DNA of 64,000 bases from a virus, in the IMG/VR virus record IMGVR_UViG_3300024999_001421. The stretch is one strand, 5' to 3'. Below the pieces are notes generated by a model. It saw only the letters and a program-made list of their open reading frames with translations, ran no database searches and was not told the origin of the DNA. Both the position numbers and the translations under genes were made by a program. Positions 62,146-64,000 of the stretch are shown here, one piece after another; the first letter of the stretch is position 1, and the number at the start of each line of letters is the position of its first letter.

Positions 62146-62310
62146 TTAATTTCGGGGTTGCTCTTTGTGAGATATTCCGTACTTAAGAAGTATTCCTTTG
62201 ATTGCTTCTTCCATGAGGACATTATATTGTTTACCTTGGTCTATGGCTAGTTTCTTAAATTTCTTGATTAGTTCATTATCCAGCGTGGTACTCATATTAG
62301 TTTTCTTCAT
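62146..62310 (-). CDS. RHH-like regulator (not in ORF track)
   Basis: STTLDNELIKKFKKLAIDQGKQYNVLMEEAI; AAGGAG RBS. Confidence 0.55.
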   Translation of the reverse strand: MKKTNMSTTLDNELIKKFKKLAIDQGKQYNVLMEEAIKGILLKYGISHKEQPRN

Positions 62311-62463
62311 ATTGGTAACTCCTTTAGTTTTTTGCCGATATTATACCATAAATAAATCAGTAAATACAACAATCATTATTTACATATATCTGTATTTCAT
62401 GGTATAATATACTCGTAATAAGGTTTAATTTGTCGGAGATAATTAACTAATTGGAGGAAAAGA

Positions 62464-62742
62464 ATGGTTTATTTTATACAGCAAGGCGAATGTGGTCCAA
62501 TAAAGATAGGTCAATCACATACTCCAAATGATAGATTAAAAAGACTACGTAAGACTATAAAGGAGAAGTTAAGTATTGTTCTGGTAGTGGATGGTCACTT
62601 TACATCAGAATATGCGCTACATGAGTACCTTAAAGAATATTGCATTGGTGGAGAATGGTTTAAACCTACCAAGGAAGTATATTTAACGATGGTAAAAGTG
62701 GCGACTGATAGAAAGTTTAGGGAATCATTAAGATGTTATTAG
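62464..62742 (+). CDS. GIY-YIG / T5orf172-like protein
   Basis: VYFIQ..IKIG..RL..GEWF. Confidence 0.75.
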   Translation: MVYFIQQGECGPIKIGQSHTPNDRLKRLRKTIKEKLSIVLVVDGHFTSEYALHEYLKEYCIGGEWFKPTKEVYLTMVKVATDRKFRESLRCY

Positions 62743-62755
62743 TTGGAGGCAGTAT

Positions 62756-63631
62756 ATGGAAGAACAGAAACTAAGCAGAGTTGTAATAAAAGAGGAATTG
62801 GTTGAATTAACAGGTGATTTTATTAAGGCCGTATTATTAAACCAATTTATCTATTGGAGTGAAAGGGTTAGAGACTTCGATAAATTTATCCAGGAAGAAC
62901 GCAGTAGGGTAGAGAGTGACGGAAAAGAATTAAACATTGACCTACAAAACGGATGGATTTATAAGAAGTCAGAGGAATTATCTAAGGAAACAATGCTTAA
63001 TATGACCGCTAAATCAATAAGAAACCATGTTAAGGAATTAGTTAGTAGGGGTTTCTTGTCTGAGAGAACTAATCCTAAATTCAAATGGGATAAGACGATG
63101 CAATATAGGGTTAATCTAACAAAGATACAGGATGAATTGTATAAGATAAACTATCATCTCGAAGGATATAAGGTAAGTATTTCTCGAAGCGAAAATATTT
63201 CCGTTCAAGAAGAAAAAAATACGCTTCAAGAAGTGGAAAATTACGCAGCAATACCAGAGACTACAACAGAGACTAAAACAGATATTAATATATATACTGT
63301 TTTTGATTTTTGGAACTCTAAGAAAATAATATCTCATTCAGAATTAACGGATAAGCGGAAAGGTCATATCAACGCCAAACTAAAGAAATTTCCCGTAGAA
63401 GAAATTATTCAGACCATAGATAACTATGATGCCGTATTAAGAAGTCCAGACTGTTATTGGTCACATAAATATAAGTTAGAGGACTTCTTGACTCGTGGAT
63501 TTGATAATTTCAGAACGGTAAACGAACCATTTGAAAATTATAAGGTTAGTAATAGCGGAAATAAAAATACTGCTTCGGCAAAGCAAAATATCGATGACAA
63601 ACTTAGGATGTTGGAGGGTATGATGGAATGA
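62756..63631 (+). CDS. Phage replication initiator (replisome organiser)
   Basis: AVLLNQFIYW, GWIYK, wHTH, PETT linker, C-terminal domain. Confidence 0.8.
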   Translation: MEEQKLSRVVIKEELVELTGDFIKAVLLNQFIYWSERVRDFDKFIQEERSRVESDGKELNIDLQNGWIYKKSEELSKETMLNMTAKSIRNHVKELVSRGFLSERTNPKFKWDKTMQYRVNLTKIQDELYKINYHLEGYKVSISRSENISVQEEKNTLQEVENYAAIPETTTETKTDINIYTVFDFWNSKKIISHSELTDKRKGHINAKLKKFPVEEIIQTIDNYDAVLRSPDCYWSHKYKLEDFLTRGFDNFRTVNEPFENYKVSNSGNKNTASAKQNIDDKLRMLEGMME

Positions 63632-63873
63632 CAAAAAACGAAACTATTGAATTGATGAAAATGATCCTTTGGTCATATCCGAACTTTGAGGTTGAACCGG
63701 GTAAAATTAATTGGTGGCATGAGAATTTAGAAGAAATGTCATTTGATGACATTAAGACTAATCTCAAAAAACACATTTCAAGAAGCAACTATCAACCTAC
63801 TATCCATGATATTAAGGGAGAACAATTATCTGCAAAAGAAAGGTTGTTAGGCGGCAGAAAATTTGTTGTATGA
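63628..63873 (+). CDS. Helicase loader/inhibitor (G39P-like)
   Basis: MTKNE..L..I..SYP..W...L...Y.PTIHDI; follows the initiator. Confidence 0.7.
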   Translation: MTKNETIELMKMILWSYPNFEVEPGKINWWHENLEEMSFDDIKTNLKKHISRSNYQPTIHDIKGEQLSAKERLLGGRKFVV

Positions 63874-64000
63874 AAATGACACCTACTGATTTTGCGGAAA
63901 AATATTTTAGGGATTACCGGATAAAGGGAAATGAGATAGTACCAACATATTGCCCATTTTGTCAAGGCGGAAAAAGTCACGATAAGCATACATTTGCCAT

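Larger units (their letters stand above)
1..64000. mobile_element. Temperate phage genome (podovirus-like virion module), possibly maintained as a plasmid prophage
   Basis: Terminase, portal, capsid, lysis, CI/Cro and replication modules all present; no host housekeeping genes; window ends in replication genes and begins in post-replication genes; no integrase recognised. Confidence 0.93.

Noticed and set aside
1-64000. Stop-codon reassignment
   Set aside because: Core genes are full length in the standard code and TAA, TAG and TGA all end genes; no suppressor tRNA seen

Overview
The window is most or all of a temperate phage genome, probably circularly permuted, from a spore-forming Bacillota host (SLH-domain endolysin, Spo0E-like and AbrB-like genes). 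Layout: post-replication genes (RuvC, TGT-like + VUT transporter, ArpU-like regulator; 1-3.7 kb); a leftward small-ORF region with two type I hammerhead ribozymes and repeated intergenic hairpins (3.8-9.8 kb); a RepL-like gene; terminases, portal, scaffold, capsid and podovirus-like tail/ejection genes with no tape measure (11-37.6 kb); an accessory island (37.6-41.9 kb); lysis genes; a leftward block with tRNA-Asn, a Tad2-like gene and ORF-less transcription units (43.4-45.5 kb); FtsK + replication-relaxation genes; a Par-like gene where an integrase would usually sit; CI/Cro; recombination and replication genes. Main finding (38.3-39.6 kb): a stand-alone Cas7/RAMP-like gene, an overlapping HNH nuclease gene, and two non-coding arrays of strict 5-nt period (G[G]H-NN; 19 and 17 units) separated by hairpins. 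This is a candidate non-CRISPR RNA-guided system of VIPR-like architecture. All calls are from reading motifs by eye; no searches were run.
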